Source of the DNA: Candidatus Bathyarchaeota archaeon
Lineage (GTDB): Archaea > Thermoproteota > Bathyarchaeia > TCS64
Length of the DNA: 22,715 bases
NCBI GenBank assembly: GCA_043826455.1
Contig: JBDRQD010000010.1
Location: 1 to 22,715, forward strand
Direction of reading: 5' to 3'
In this document: positions 1 to 7,724 of the stretch, piece by piece
Layout: every line of letters starts with the position of its first letter
Numbering within the stretch: the stretch's first letter is position 1
Translations under genes and position numbers: made by a program
Notes under the pieces: model-generated
Told to the model about the DNA's origin: nothing
Seen by the model: the letters and a program-made list of their open reading frames with translations, nothing else
Database searches by the model: none

Positions 1-1167
1 ATGAGCAGGCTGGCCGACTCAACACAGAGGGTGCAGCTGGCCTACTTCAAGAATTTTTACAAATGGTACAGGGTGAATGGTGGAAAATTCGCGGAGTTCA
101 CCCCGGACCAGCTGATAGAGTACCAGAAGGCGGCGGGGAACGGCCAGCAGTACGACGTCCTGGACATGGTTCAGCGGTACGTCACGCAGAGCCAGGGCAC
201 CTTCAACACAAAAAACAGCCGCTATAACAACGTGCGCAGCTTCTTCGTCCACAACCGGGCAGAGCTCCCCAAGGACAAGAACTACACGATACGGCCCACC
301 AGGAAGCCCGTACGTGGAGACCTCACCGTGGAGGAAGTCAAGCAGGTGATCCTGTCATGCGACCCGGCGCACCAGGCGGCCTACATGGTGATGTTTCAGG
401 GCGCCCTGGACCAGGAGACCTTCACATACTGGAACCTCAACGGTTATGGCCCATTAATGGAGCAGCTGGCCGAGTGTGAGAAGCTGTCCCCTGAGGAGAG
501 GGCAATAAAGCTGGAGCTCCCCGGCAGGAAGCACGCCAAGAACAAGGCCCTATACTACACCTTCATCGGCGCCGACGCCATAAACAGCCTCAGAAACTGG
601 CTGGCACACAGGCCTCAGGGGCCAGGCCCCATAATCACGAACCAGAGGAGGAAGGCCATCAGCAAGAGCGACCTCCGCCACTACTGGATTCACAAGCTCA
701 GGCGGCTGGGCCACGTGGACCCTATAAAGAAGGGCACCCGGGCCGACAAGACGGGTAAAGGCCTCCACGAGATGAGGGACGTGTGGAGATCCCTGTGGAG
801 TAAAAGCCCCGCATCCAGCACCGTTGGGGAGTACCTGATGGGGCACCAGATAGATGACCTAGGCTACGATAAGAGCTTCAGGGATGTGGAGTTCTACAGG
901 CGCGAGTACCTGAAGGCGGCGCCCTACCTTCAGATCATGACGGGAGGCGAGGCCTTCAACATGGTGGACGCTGGCGAGGTGGAGAAGCTGCGTAAGAAGG
1001 TAGCTGAGCTGGAGACCCGCCCACCAGAGGGTGAGGCCATGCAGAGGCTCCAGGCACAGCTTCAGGCACAGCAGGCCGTCATTGAGGACATGAGAAAGCT
1101 TATGGGGCCACTTATCGAGAGAGCGAAGGAAGAGGCCGAGAAGGCGAGCAGAGGGCCAGCATCCTGA
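1..1167 (+). CDS. Tyrosine recombinase/integrase (may be 5'-incomplete)
   Basis: Catalytic-box motifs GLHEMR (HxxR), YLMGH and a downstream Tyr (LGYDK); Lys-containing beta hairpin (GRKHAK...YYTFI); C-terminal coiled coil. Confidence 0.9.
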   Translation: MSRLADSTQRVQLAYFKNFYKWYRVNGGKFAEFTPDQLIEYQKAAGNGQQYDVLDMVQRYVTQSQGTFNTKNSRYNNVRSFFVHNRAELPKDKNYTIRPTRKPVRGDLTVEEVKQVILSCDPAHQAAYMVMFQGALDQETFTYWNLNGYGPLMEQLAECEKLSPEERAIKLELPGRKHAKNKALYYTFIGADAINSLRNWLAHRPQGPGPIITNQRRKAISKSDLRHYWIHKLRRLGHVDPIKKGTRADKTGKGLHEMRDVWRSLWSKSPASSTVGEYLMGHQIDDLGYDKSFRDVEFYRREYLKAAPYLQIMTGGEAFNMVDAGEVEKLRKKVAELETRPPEGEAMQRLQAQLQAQQAVIEDMRKLMGPLIERAKEEAEKASRGPAS

Positions 1168-1168
1168 G

Positions 1169-1184
1169 TGCTCCACGTGGAGCA
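1169..1184. repeat. 16-bp palindrome TGCTCCACGTGGAGCA (copy 1)
   Basis: Perfect dyad starting just after the integrase stop (1167). Confidence 0.97.
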
Positions 1185-1297
1185 ATGCTCTCCCGGCCTC
1201 CATGAGGGCACGCACGCACCCTTAGGGGGTATACTAGTAGTATAGGAGAGAGAGGGAGGGCCCCTTTTGGGCACTTTTTCCCCGGCTCCTCCCCACG

Positions 1298-1325
1298 GCT
1301 TAAGGTTACAGTCTTAACCTTAAAT
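1298..1325. other. dif-like tyrosine-recombinase core site gcTTAAGGTTA-CAGTCT-TAACCTTAAat
   Basis: Perfect 9-bp inverted arms around a 6-bp spacer (11-6-11 layout), 130 bp downstream of the integrase; right arm ends in TTAAAT like the XerD arm of dif. Confidence 0.5.
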
Positions 1326-1440
1326 TATGGGTGGATTCTGGTCCTCATGAAGGCTCTCAAAGACCTGGAGGAGAGGGCCTCCCTCGCAGGCCTGATCTTC
1401 TCATCATCTAGGCTAGGGCATTCTACATAAAAAAATGGGG

Positions 1441-1456
1441 TGTTCCACGTGGAACA
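1441..1456. repeat. 16-bp palindrome TGTTCCACGTGGAACA (copy 2, parS-identical)
   Basis: Perfect dyad, intergenic, just past the stop of the minus-strand RHH gene. Confidence 0.97.
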
Positions 1457-1462
1457 GAGGGT

Positions 1463-1606
1463 TTAGGCCTTGATGCGCTCCAGCTCCTCGACCTTCCTGG
1501 TAAGGATCCGCTCAACGAGCTCACTGAGGGGCACGCCGAGCTTCTCAGCCTGGAGCTCCAGCTCCCCACACAGCTTAGCATTCACAAGCACGGGTTTAGC
1601 AACCAT
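1463..1606 (-). CDS. Small ribbon-helix-helix-like DNA-binding protein, 47 aa (not in ORF track)
   Basis: Hand translation MVAKPVLVNAKLCGELELQAEKLGVPLSELVERILTRKVEELERIKA: beta strand, helix, G-x-x-x-S-E-L-V turn, helix; TATA-like element upstream. Confidence 0.7.
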   Translation of the reverse strand: MVAKPVLVNAKLCGELELQAEKLGVPLSELVERILTRKVEELERIKA

Positions 1607-1617
1607 CTCATTCACCG

Positions 1618-1680
1618 TGTGATTACCACTGTAACACAACCGATATAAGGTTTATGATGGTAGCTGTAACACAGTGATTG
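1618..1680. promoter_or_regulatory. Divergent promoter with direct repeat CTGTAACACA x2
   Basis: CTGTAACACA at 1629-1638 and 1664-1673 flanks the TATA-like GATATAAGGTTTAT between two divergent small genes. Confidence 0.6.
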
Positions 1681-1682
1681 AG

Positions 1683-1868
1683 ATGGCGCGTAGCTACCTT
1701 CTAACGGCCAGGGAGAGGGAGATCATCACCACCTACCTGGACAAGGGCGTGGCCCTCGACGGGCTCAGGGAACTCCGACACGTGCTGGCAAACTTGGACC
1801 TCAGCATCATCGACAAGGACAGGGAGCTCATCGACAGGCTCCTCCATGACCGACCCCAGACCCATTGA
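1683..1868 (+). CDS. Small hypothetical helical protein (61 aa; alternative GTG start 1674)
   Basis: ORF MARSYLLTAREREII... with element-like codon usage, downstream of a TATA-like box. Confidence 0.65.
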   Translation: MARSYLLTAREREIITTYLDKGVALDGLRELRHVLANLDLSIIDKDRELIDRLLHDRPQTH

Positions 1869-1944
1869 GAGCCTGTAGCCCAGGCCTCAGCCACCGAGGC
1901 CCGGGAGGAGCTTAAAGCGGAAGCCGCTCTGGGCACCCTTCTAA

Positions 1945-2327
1945 ACTGTTTTTAATGGGTTAAAACTAACAATATCGTTACCCCTAAATTATAATAAAAA
2001 TGTTAATAATATACACAACAACATGATGAAAAAATACAGTACAGGTATAGTACGTACAAATAACATGTACAAAAAATACATTATTAAAATAACGGTTCAT
2101 TTTTCACGTTTAAAGAAACTCATGTATATCTCAGAGCCTCAAAATAACGGGATCAATGGAATGAACCATTCACCCTATGTACGTGTATCCATTTATGACC
2201 ACAATTATCCACATTAAATACCCATGGAATGTCTCACATAAACGAAACAACAGGATATTATCGAGTTCTAAACAGATATAAAGCACTCATGTATTGACAT
2301 GAGTAGGTAAAAAAAGGAGAAAGAAAA
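1945..2327. promoter_or_regulatory. AT-rich non-coding control region (candidate origin plus operon promoter)
   Basis: Sharp AT enrichment; AAAATAACGG x2 (2086, 2141); TATA-like GATATAAAG at 2275-2283 followed by the dyad ACTCATGT-ATTG-ACATGAGT (2285-2304); AGGAGA before ATG 2328. Confidence 0.6.
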
Positions 2328-2477
2328 ATGACCGAAAAAACTGCTTTGACCGCCTGGGTGCCCCGCTCGACGGCCGATCAGGTAGCGGAACGCATCGAAA
2401 AACGCGGATTCGTCTCAGCGAGCGACTATCTGAGGGCCCTCATTCGCGAGGACCTTGAGAAGGAGGGCAAGGTATGA
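2328..2477 (+). CDS. CopG/Arc/MetJ-type ribbon-helix-helix regulator, 49 aa (not in ORF track)
   Basis: Hand translation MTEKTALTAWVPRSTADQVAERIEKRGFVSASDYLRALIREDLEKEGKV; the GFxSxSDYLRALIREDL motif is typical of RHH proteins; ATGA overlap with the next ORF. Confidence 0.85.
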   Translation: MTEKTALTAWVPRSTADQVAERIEKRGFVSASDYLRALIREDLEKEGKV

Positions 2478-3160
2478 CCGCAATATTAGCTACCTTGATC
2501 GCGCCACCGCTGACGGCTTCGGGAAAGGGGCGGGGCCCCGAACGTCTGACAAATGCCTTCTTGGCGGCTGTCCGTGCCGTTCTATGGGTTCTGCTGTCGC
2601 TCCTGCTTCTCCGCGGGTACCACTCCCAGGCCTTTAACATGTTTGTCTGGGCAGGGCTTTGCTCGCTTCTGACTCTGGCTCCACCCGCGATCCGATGCCT
2701 GCGTGAACACTCACCTGAGCGTAACTACCTCATTTTGGGCACCCTTTTCACCGTCCTAGTTCCAGCGCCAATGCGCGCCGCGATCGCCATGGGGCTGTTG
2801 ATCATAGCCGCTGCGTGGTCCTTCGCGGCAACGGTGCGAGATATGAGGGTGGTGTCGGGGCTGCCTCAGGCGGCCCACGATGCTGTGACGGGTCTCCTGG
2901 ATGGGCTGCCCGCTCTGAGGCCCGCCCCGCCCATGATGATGGCCGCCACCGGAATGGAGCGAGGGGTGTTCCACGTGGAACACCGGCCTAGGGGTGCCCA
3001 GGGCTTCAGCCAGCAGCGAGACCAGGGCGGCGACGACGAGGACGGCGACGGGGATCACGCGAATCAGACTGGTTTGAGAGACGGGGCCCTCGTGGCGGGG
3101 CCGAAAGTTCACCACGGATGGAATTTTAAGGCTTGTCAGGCCGGGAGGTGGAGGCCATGA
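2474..3160 (+). CDS. Hypothetical membrane protein (about 4 TM segments, hydrophilic C-tail)
   Basis: Hydrophobic stretches in residues ~30-120; ATGA overlaps at both ends. Confidence 0.65.
   Translation: MTAILATLIAPPLTASGKGRGPERLTNAFLAAVRAVLWVLLSLLLLRGYHSQAFNMFVWAGLCSLLTLAPPAIRCLREHSPERNYLILGTLFTVLVPAPMRAAIAMGLLIIAAAWSFAATVRDMRVVSGLPQAAHDAVTGLLDGLPALRPAPPMMMAATGMERGVFHVEHRPRGAQGFSQQRDQGGDDEDGDGDHANQTGLRDGALVAGPKVHHGWNFKACQAGRWRP
2967..2982. repeat. 16-bp palindrome TGTTCCACGTGGAACA (copy 3; dyad extends to 20 bp, 2965-2984)
   Basis: Perfect dyad inside the CDS (encodes VFHVEH). Confidence 0.97.
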
Positions 3161-3282
3161 CTGAGGCACCACCGCCGGCGCCGATGAGCTGGGCAGAACT
3201 ACTTGAAAGGCTTCTGGAATTGGACCGGGCCTTGGACAAGCTGGAGGCCAAAACTAATGTCGAACACCCAAGTAAAAATTAA
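3157..3282 (+). CDS. Small coiled-coil protein, 41 aa (not in ORF track)
   Basis: MTEAPPPAPMSWAELLERLLELDRALDKLEAKTNVEHPSKN; GGAGGTG RBS; ATGA overlap. Confidence 0.55.
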   Translation: MTEAPPPAPMSWAELLERLLELDRALDKLEAKTNVEHPSKN

Positions 3283-3436
3283 AGTTTATGGCGATGATTG
3301 TCGCCGTGTTTTGCAGGTTCTCAACGAGATAAGAGACAGCTACGCGCCCGATGTCACGCAAAGCGACGTCAAACCCAGCGCCCAGGGCGGGTGGCACGCC
3401 TTTCTCACTGTTTACATGCGGGAGGGCAGACGATGA
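3257..3436 (+). CDS. Small hypothetical protein, 59 aa
   Basis: MSNTQVKIKVYGDD...; GGAGG upstream; stop overlaps the helicase ATG. Confidence 0.6.
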   Translation: MSNTQVKIKVYGDDCRRVLQVLNEIRDSYAPDVTQSDVKPSAQGGWHAFLTVYMREGRR

Positions 3437-5196
3437 CTGAGCCCGAGCTATGTCCCGAATGCGGGGCCTTCATGGTGGGCGGTGCGTGCCCAAAGTGCAG
3501 CCACGGGGCCGAGAAGGCAGGGGATAGTATAATTTCCGGACACACAGGGGGGGTGGAATATATTCCGCTGGAGTTGACCGGCGAGGAGCGCGCAGCGGCC
3601 ACCAGGGAGATGAGCCGAGAGGAGGTATGTAGAATCTACACGAAGACCGTCAAAAACGACACGGCCAACATCCAGGTGCTCTTCTACGGCTTCATCAACA
3701 ACTACACGGAGAGCGATCAGCTCAACTTCAGCATCACAGGCCCTAGCACCACGGGCAAGACCTTCCTACCCCGCGAGGTGCTGCGCCCGTTCCCCCAAGA
3801 GGACATCAACTGGAAAGGCTACACCAGCCCAAAAGCATTTTACCACGACCGGGGCGCCCTCGTAAGGGCGGACGGTAGTGAGCTCCAGCCCCAGCATGAG
3901 TTCGTGAGGGAGGCCCTCAAAAAATGGATGGAGGAGAACCCTAAGCCCACGAAAGGGCAGGGTATCTCCGAGTGGAGGGAGCAGCGCCAGCGGGTCGCCG
4001 CCGAGTTCAAGGACATCTGGGAGGACATCGACAAGAAGCTGATAGTTGACACCCACCAGAAGTTCGAGGTGTTCATAGACCAGCCCAGCGACGCCCTCCA
4101 GCGCGAGCTCCGGCCCCTCCTAAGCCACGACCGCAAGGAGATCGAGGCCAGCATCACGGACCGCACCAAGGACGGGGCGAACCGGACCAAGAAAGTGATA
4201 ATCCGGGGCTACCCAACCACCGTGAGCAGCAGCGTAGCCCACCTACTGGACGAGCAGGAGCAGACCCGGCACGTCCAGGTGAGCCCGGAGACGACCCAGG
4301 AGAAGTTCAGGGAGGCCATAAAGGCCCAGGCCGAGGCGCTGGCCAACCCCGGCGAGTACAGGGACTCTGTAGACCGCGACCCGGGCTTTGAGCTCCTCCG
4401 GCGGCGCATCAGGCTCATCAAGGAGAGCCCGACGGAGACCGTGGTAATACGTCCCGAGGACCGTGATGAAGTATATAGGCGGTTCAAGGACAAGCACCCG
4501 TACCTGAGGCCCAGGCACCAAAGAGACTTCCCCCGGCTGATCGCCTACATCAAGGGGCACGCCCTCTTTAATCAGTGGACCAGGGAGCAGACGCCAGACG
4601 GGAAGGAGATATACGCCACCCGCCTTGACCTGGAGGAGGGATTCAAGATACTTGAGCCCCTGCTGGAGTCTAACGAGCTGGGGATACCACCCCATGAGTA
4701 CGAGTTTTTCAACAAAGTCCTGAAGCCGGCCCTCGAGGCCGCCGAGAACGGGCTGCACCGCAACGACGTGTCGAAGATGTATTTTGACCATTTTAAATCC
4801 CGGATAGGGCAGAAGGCCCGGGACCGCGTGGTTCAGCTATACCTGGAGACGGGGCTCGTGGTGGAGGAGGTGGACCCGGAGAACAGGCGCAGCAAGAGAA
4901 TATATTCCACCCCCCCTGTATGGGAAAAAAATACACAAGCCAGTGAGCCCACGGTCGGCACCGGGACTCTGCCCAACCAGGGCACCCTGGACGACGACCC
5001 CAACATACAGCACCTACGGCGGGTGGCCGAGACCCAGCTAAAACGGGCCGGGTATATGGCCCGGGCCGATTTTTTCAGCTTCATGGATGCGGCCGGGCAC
5101 CCTAATCAAGACGCCGTTTTAGCTATAGTTAAGCTGGAGTCTCGGGTGAAAGTGGAGCCGGGCGGCTTCAGGTGGGTAGAGGAGGAGCAGCCATGA
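3433..5196 (+). CDS. Zn-ribbon + AAA+/MCM-like replicative helicase (start reassigned from 3298)
   Basis: N-terminal CPEC...CPKC; Walker A GPSTTGKT; Walker B-like VFIDQP; DEQEQTR arginine-finger region; RHQRDF sensor-2-like motif; adjacent to the primase. Confidence 0.75.
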   Translation: MTEPELCPECGAFMVGGACPKCSHGAEKAGDSIISGHTGGVEYIPLELTGEERAAATREMSREEVCRIYTKTVKNDTANIQVLFYGFINNYTESDQLNFSITGPSTTGKTFLPREVLRPFPQEDINWKGYTSPKAFYHDRGALVRADGSELQPQHEFVREALKKWMEENPKPTKGQGISEWREQRQRVAAEFKDIWEDIDKKLIVDTHQKFEVFIDQPSDALQRELRPLLSHDRKEIEASITDRTKDGANRTKKVIIRGYPTTVSSSVAHLLDEQEQTRHVQVSPETTQEKFREAIKAQAEALANPGEYRDSVDRDPGFELLRRRIRLIKESPTETVVIRPEDRDEVYRRFKDKHPYLRPRHQRDFPRLIAYIKGHALFNQWTREQTPDGKEIYATRLDLEEGFKILEPLLESNELGIPPHEYEFFNKVLKPALEAAENGLHRNDVSKMYFDHFKSRIGQKARDRVVQLYLETGLVVEEVDPENRRSKRIYSTPPVWEKNTQASEPTVGTGTLPNQGTLDDDPNIQHLRRVAETQLKRAGYMARADFFSFMDAAGHPNQDAVLAIVKLESRVKVEPGGFRWVEEEQP

Positions 5197-6170
5197 GCCT
5201 GGAGGCCTTCTTAGCTGAGTGGTGCTGGCCCGGCCCCTACCGCAGCGTAGGCACCCCATACCAAACATATTACACACACCATGAAGCCGTGGACCGCCTG
5301 GCGGCTCTCATCAACCAGGGAGCCGCCCCCGTCTACATGAGCACCAACCCGTACAGCGAGGACGGCGAGATAGCGCTACTGGACCGCCTGTTTTTTGACT
5401 TCGATTCAAAGGAGAAGATTAGGTACGCCCTGGACGACACCCAGGCCTTCAGTGAGGCCTTAGCCCGGTACTACGGCGTAGGAGCCCTAACCACATTCAG
5501 CGGTAAGAAAGGCTACCACGTACACGTATTCCTACAGGAGCCCGTATATGGGCCCCCGGACCACCTAGCCGCCCTCTACAAGGCCATCCGGGATCTGTTG
5601 GTCAAGGGCTCCACCTACAGGACCCTGGACCCCCAGGCAGCCGACGCCACGCGACTCCACCGGGTCCCCTACTCAGTCCACCAGGGCACCGGGGCCCTCT
5701 GCGTACCCGTGGATCGAGACTTACAGCCATTCACCCTGCACCCCGGCTTCAGCGCAGTCCTGCGTGAGCACGGCATCGGCCCGGAGCTTGTAAGAGTCGC
5801 GGAGCGGCAGCTACACAGGCCCCCAGCTACGCCCCGGGAGTACCGGGGCCCCAAGGGCCGGCTTAGACCCTGTATGGAAGCGGTCTTTGAGGCCAGCGTA
5901 CACGAGGGACCTCACCTCATGAGAGTGGCCGCCGTAGCCGAGCTCCACGCCGAGGGCGCCCGCATCGACGAGATCCTGAGTAGATTCGCCGGCATGCAGG
6001 GCTTCGACGAAGGCAAGACCAGGTACTATATTGAGCACGCCCTTAGGCGCGGCTACAGGCCCTTCAAATGCGCCACGATCCAGAAGCTGGGAGGCTGCCT
6101 GGGCTCAGCGTGTAGGATCTACAGGGGGCCGCCGACGCCAAGCCAGACGCAGGAGGTGGCGGTGAGGTGA
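5193..6170 (+). CDS. Archaeo-eukaryotic primase: PriS-like catalytic domain fused to PriL C-terminal Fe-S-like domain
   Basis: AEP motifs FFDFD, SGKKGYHVH and DxxRLHRVPYS; C-terminal LRPC...HxxR...FDEGKTRYYIEH...PFKCATIQKLGGC...C with four cysteines. Confidence 0.88.
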   Translation: MSLEAFLAEWCWPGPYRSVGTPYQTYYTHHEAVDRLAALINQGAAPVYMSTNPYSEDGEIALLDRLFFDFDSKEKIRYALDDTQAFSEALARYYGVGALTTFSGKKGYHVHVFLQEPVYGPPDHLAALYKAIRDLLVKGSTYRTLDPQAADATRLHRVPYSVHQGTGALCVPVDRDLQPFTLHPGFSAVLREHGIGPELVRVAERQLHRPPATPREYRGPKGRLRPCMEAVFEASVHEGPHLMRVAAVAELHAEGARIDEILSRFAGMQGFDEGKTRYYIEHALRRGYRPFKCATIQKLGGCLGSACRIYRGPPTPSQTQEVAVR

Positions 6171-6469
6171 CGAGTGAGGTAATGGTACCGTTAGCCGAGC
6201 GTCGTCACCGCCTCAACAGCGACGAGATCGAGCCGGTCAGGGATGCCGCCCTAGCCCGGCTTCAGCTTCTCGTGGAGGCCCGGGAGCTCGGGACTATAGA
6301 CGAGGCGGGCAGCCTCTACCGGGTTTGGTTCCGCATCGAGACACATGTTACCCACAAGCCCGCGTACCCACCACACGAGACGTGGATGGAGCTAGCCCAG
6401 CAGCTGTCTAACGGTACCATAAGGGGCTTTGCTCCACGTGGAGCACTCGGTGACCAGGAGGAGGACTAA
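6167..6469 (+). CDS. Hypothetical protein
   Basis: GTGA overlap with the primase stop; upstream GGAGGTG/GGTGAG. Confidence 0.65.
   Translation: MTSEVMVPLAERRHRLNSDEIEPVRDAALARLQLLVEARELGTIDEAGSLYRVWFRIETHVTHKPAYPPHETWMELAQQLSNGTIRGFAPRGALGDQEED
6430..6445. repeat. 16-bp palindrome TGCTCCACGTGGAGCA (copy 4, flanks in reverse orientation)
   Basis: Inside a CDS; 6429-6448 is the reverse complement of 1166-1185. Confidence 0.97.
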
Positions 6470-6471
6470 AT

Positions 6472-6663
6472 ATGCCTAACTTCTTCGTCAAATCTGACGG
6501 CGTGGAGATGATACTCCGGGCCCGGAGCTCGGAGACGGCCATGAGGAGGTTCATGGCAAGATACCCAGCCCTAGCCGAGCTCAACGGGCTATACGTGATG
6601 AAGTGGGGCGGGCCCCCATACTTGGCCTCGCCGCGTGGGGAGATCAGAGGAGGGCGGCGATGA
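6472..6663 (+). CDS. Small hypothetical protein
   Basis: GGAGGAGG RBS; in operon. Confidence 0.6.
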   Translation: MPNFFVKSDGVEMILRARSSETAMRRFMARYPALAELNGLYVMKWGGPPYLASPRGEIRGGRR

Positions 6664-7031
6664 CGCGTAAAAGAGGGCGGTGGAGCCATCCGGTGTTGAG
6701 CACCCCGGGGAGCCGGCTTCTCGATATCTACGTTGAGCTGCCTGAGGGGCAGGCTTCCCTGTTCCGCGTCAACGAGGTCATCGGCCGCTACGAGACGGTC
6801 ACACTCCTCGAGCGCACCAAATATCTCCCCGACAGACGCGGAGTCTGGGACCTCGTCTCATACGAGGCGCTTGTGTGGGTCTCAAGGGACCAGCTCAGGC
6901 CCTTCCAGGAGGAGCTTAGCAGCCTGAGGCAAGACGGGTTTAAGGTCACCGTGGCCGACATCATGACGACCCCGGAGCCTGCAGACAGCGAGCCGGAGGG
7001 AGGCCCGGGTAGGAGGTGGGTCAATAGTTGA
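6660..7031 (+). CDS. Hypothetical protein (start reassigned to ATG 6660)
   Basis: ATGA overlap; GGAGG upstream. Confidence 0.65.
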   Translation: MTRKRGRWSHPVLSTPGSRLLDIYVELPEGQASLFRVNEVIGRYETVTLLERTKYLPDRRGVWDLVSYEALVWVSRDQLRPFQEELSSLRQDGFKVTVADIMTTPEPADSEPEGGPGRRWVNS

Positions 7032-7495
7032 CTGACTGCTTTAGTGGTGCTCCACGTGGAGCAACTGAGGCTACACACAGGCGGCGCCCGGGGCTTTGGC
7101 TGCGAATCAAAACCCGGCTCCGGATCATACGCCTGGCCATGAGGGCTAAGGAGGTGGTCGAGGAGGTTGAGGCCCCGCCCGGCCGCCTAGGGTGGGACAC
7201 CGTCGCCGGCCTCCTCGGGGAGGCCCTGGAGGGCTACTCTACGCGCCGGCTGGACATCGGCCCGGGTGCCGCCATAGGGATGGAGGATCTCGTGGCCGCC
7301 CTGGAGGCTATGGGCTACCCCTTGACTGGCCGGCGCGTGGTCCTGACTGTTGTCCACGGCTACGGGGGACAGTTGACGCCGGACAGTGCTCCACGTGGAG
7401 CAAACCAGGCACATGAGGAGCCCCACAGGCGCGTCAAAACCGGGGCCAAAGAGGCTAGGGTAAATGCGCGGAAGATTGAGGAGGCCGAGGCGTGA
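7028..7495 (+). CDS. Hypothetical protein containing two palindrome copies
   Basis: TTGA overlap; GGAGGTG RBS; APRGA peptide occurs twice. Confidence 0.55.
   Translation: MTDCFSGAPRGATEATHRRRPGLWLRIKTRLRIIRLAMRAKEVVEEVEAPPGRLGWDTVAGLLGEALEGYSTRRLDIGPGAAIGMEDLVAALEAMGYPLTGRRVVLTVVHGYGGQLTPDSAPRGANQAHEEPHRRVKTGAKEARVNARKIEEAEA
7048..7063. repeat. 16-bp palindrome TGCTCCACGTGGAGCA (copy 5)
   Basis: Perfect dyad inside a CDS. Confidence 0.97.
7387..7402. repeat. 16-bp palindrome TGCTCCACGTGGAGCA (copy 6)
   Basis: Perfect dyad inside a CDS. Confidence 0.97.
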
Positions 7496-7599
7496 GCTTT
7501 GAGTCGTTAGAGCGGGTGACCCGGGCCCTCTTCATGGCCATGGCCGTGCTGACCTTCGCGGCGCTCCTAGCCGGCTTCGCTGCGAGGTGGTTAACTTGA
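7492..7599 (+). CDS. 35-aa single-pass membrane peptide (not in ORF track)
   Basis: MSFESLERVTRALFMAMAVLTFAALLAGFAARWLT; GTGA overlap; GGAGG RBS. Confidence 0.6.
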   Translation: MSFESLERVTRALFMAMAVLTFAALLAGFAARWLT

Positions 7600-7724
7600 T
7601 CAAGGAGTTGAGTAAGATGAGTGAAGCAGGCCCCATGGGGGCTTTGAAATCCGCCCCAGAGGTGGGGCGCCACGTTTCCCCAGCCTTGCGGCTGGCCATC
7701 AACAAAGAGGAGGGAGAAAAATGA
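7596..7724 (+). CDS. 42-aa hypothetical peptide (not in ORF track)
   Basis: TTGA and ATGA overlaps at its two ends link the TM peptide to the ATPase gene; GAGGTG upstream. Confidence 0.4.
   Translation: MIKELSKMSEAGPMGALKSAPEVGRHVSPALRLAINKEEGEK

Noticed and set aside
707..722. Additional palindrome copy (CCACGTGG core in the integrase; another core at 18305-18312 in flaI)
   Set aside because: Only the 8-bp core matches; the flanks break symmetry and consensus, which is compatible with chance.
1230..1285. Degenerate inverted similarity to 10345-10395 (AGTATAG + purine tract + GGGCC-TTTT) as terminal inverted repeats
   Set aside because: Low-complexity purine/pyrimidine tracts needing several gaps; not convincing by eye.
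2023..2217. 64-aa ORF in the AT-rich region
   Set aside because: Composition is unlike all neighbouring genes and there are no motifs; likely spurious.
3298..3432. N-terminal extension of the helicase given by the ORF track
   Set aside because: Overlaps the 3257-3436 gene; ATG 3433 has an RBS and an ATGA coupling.
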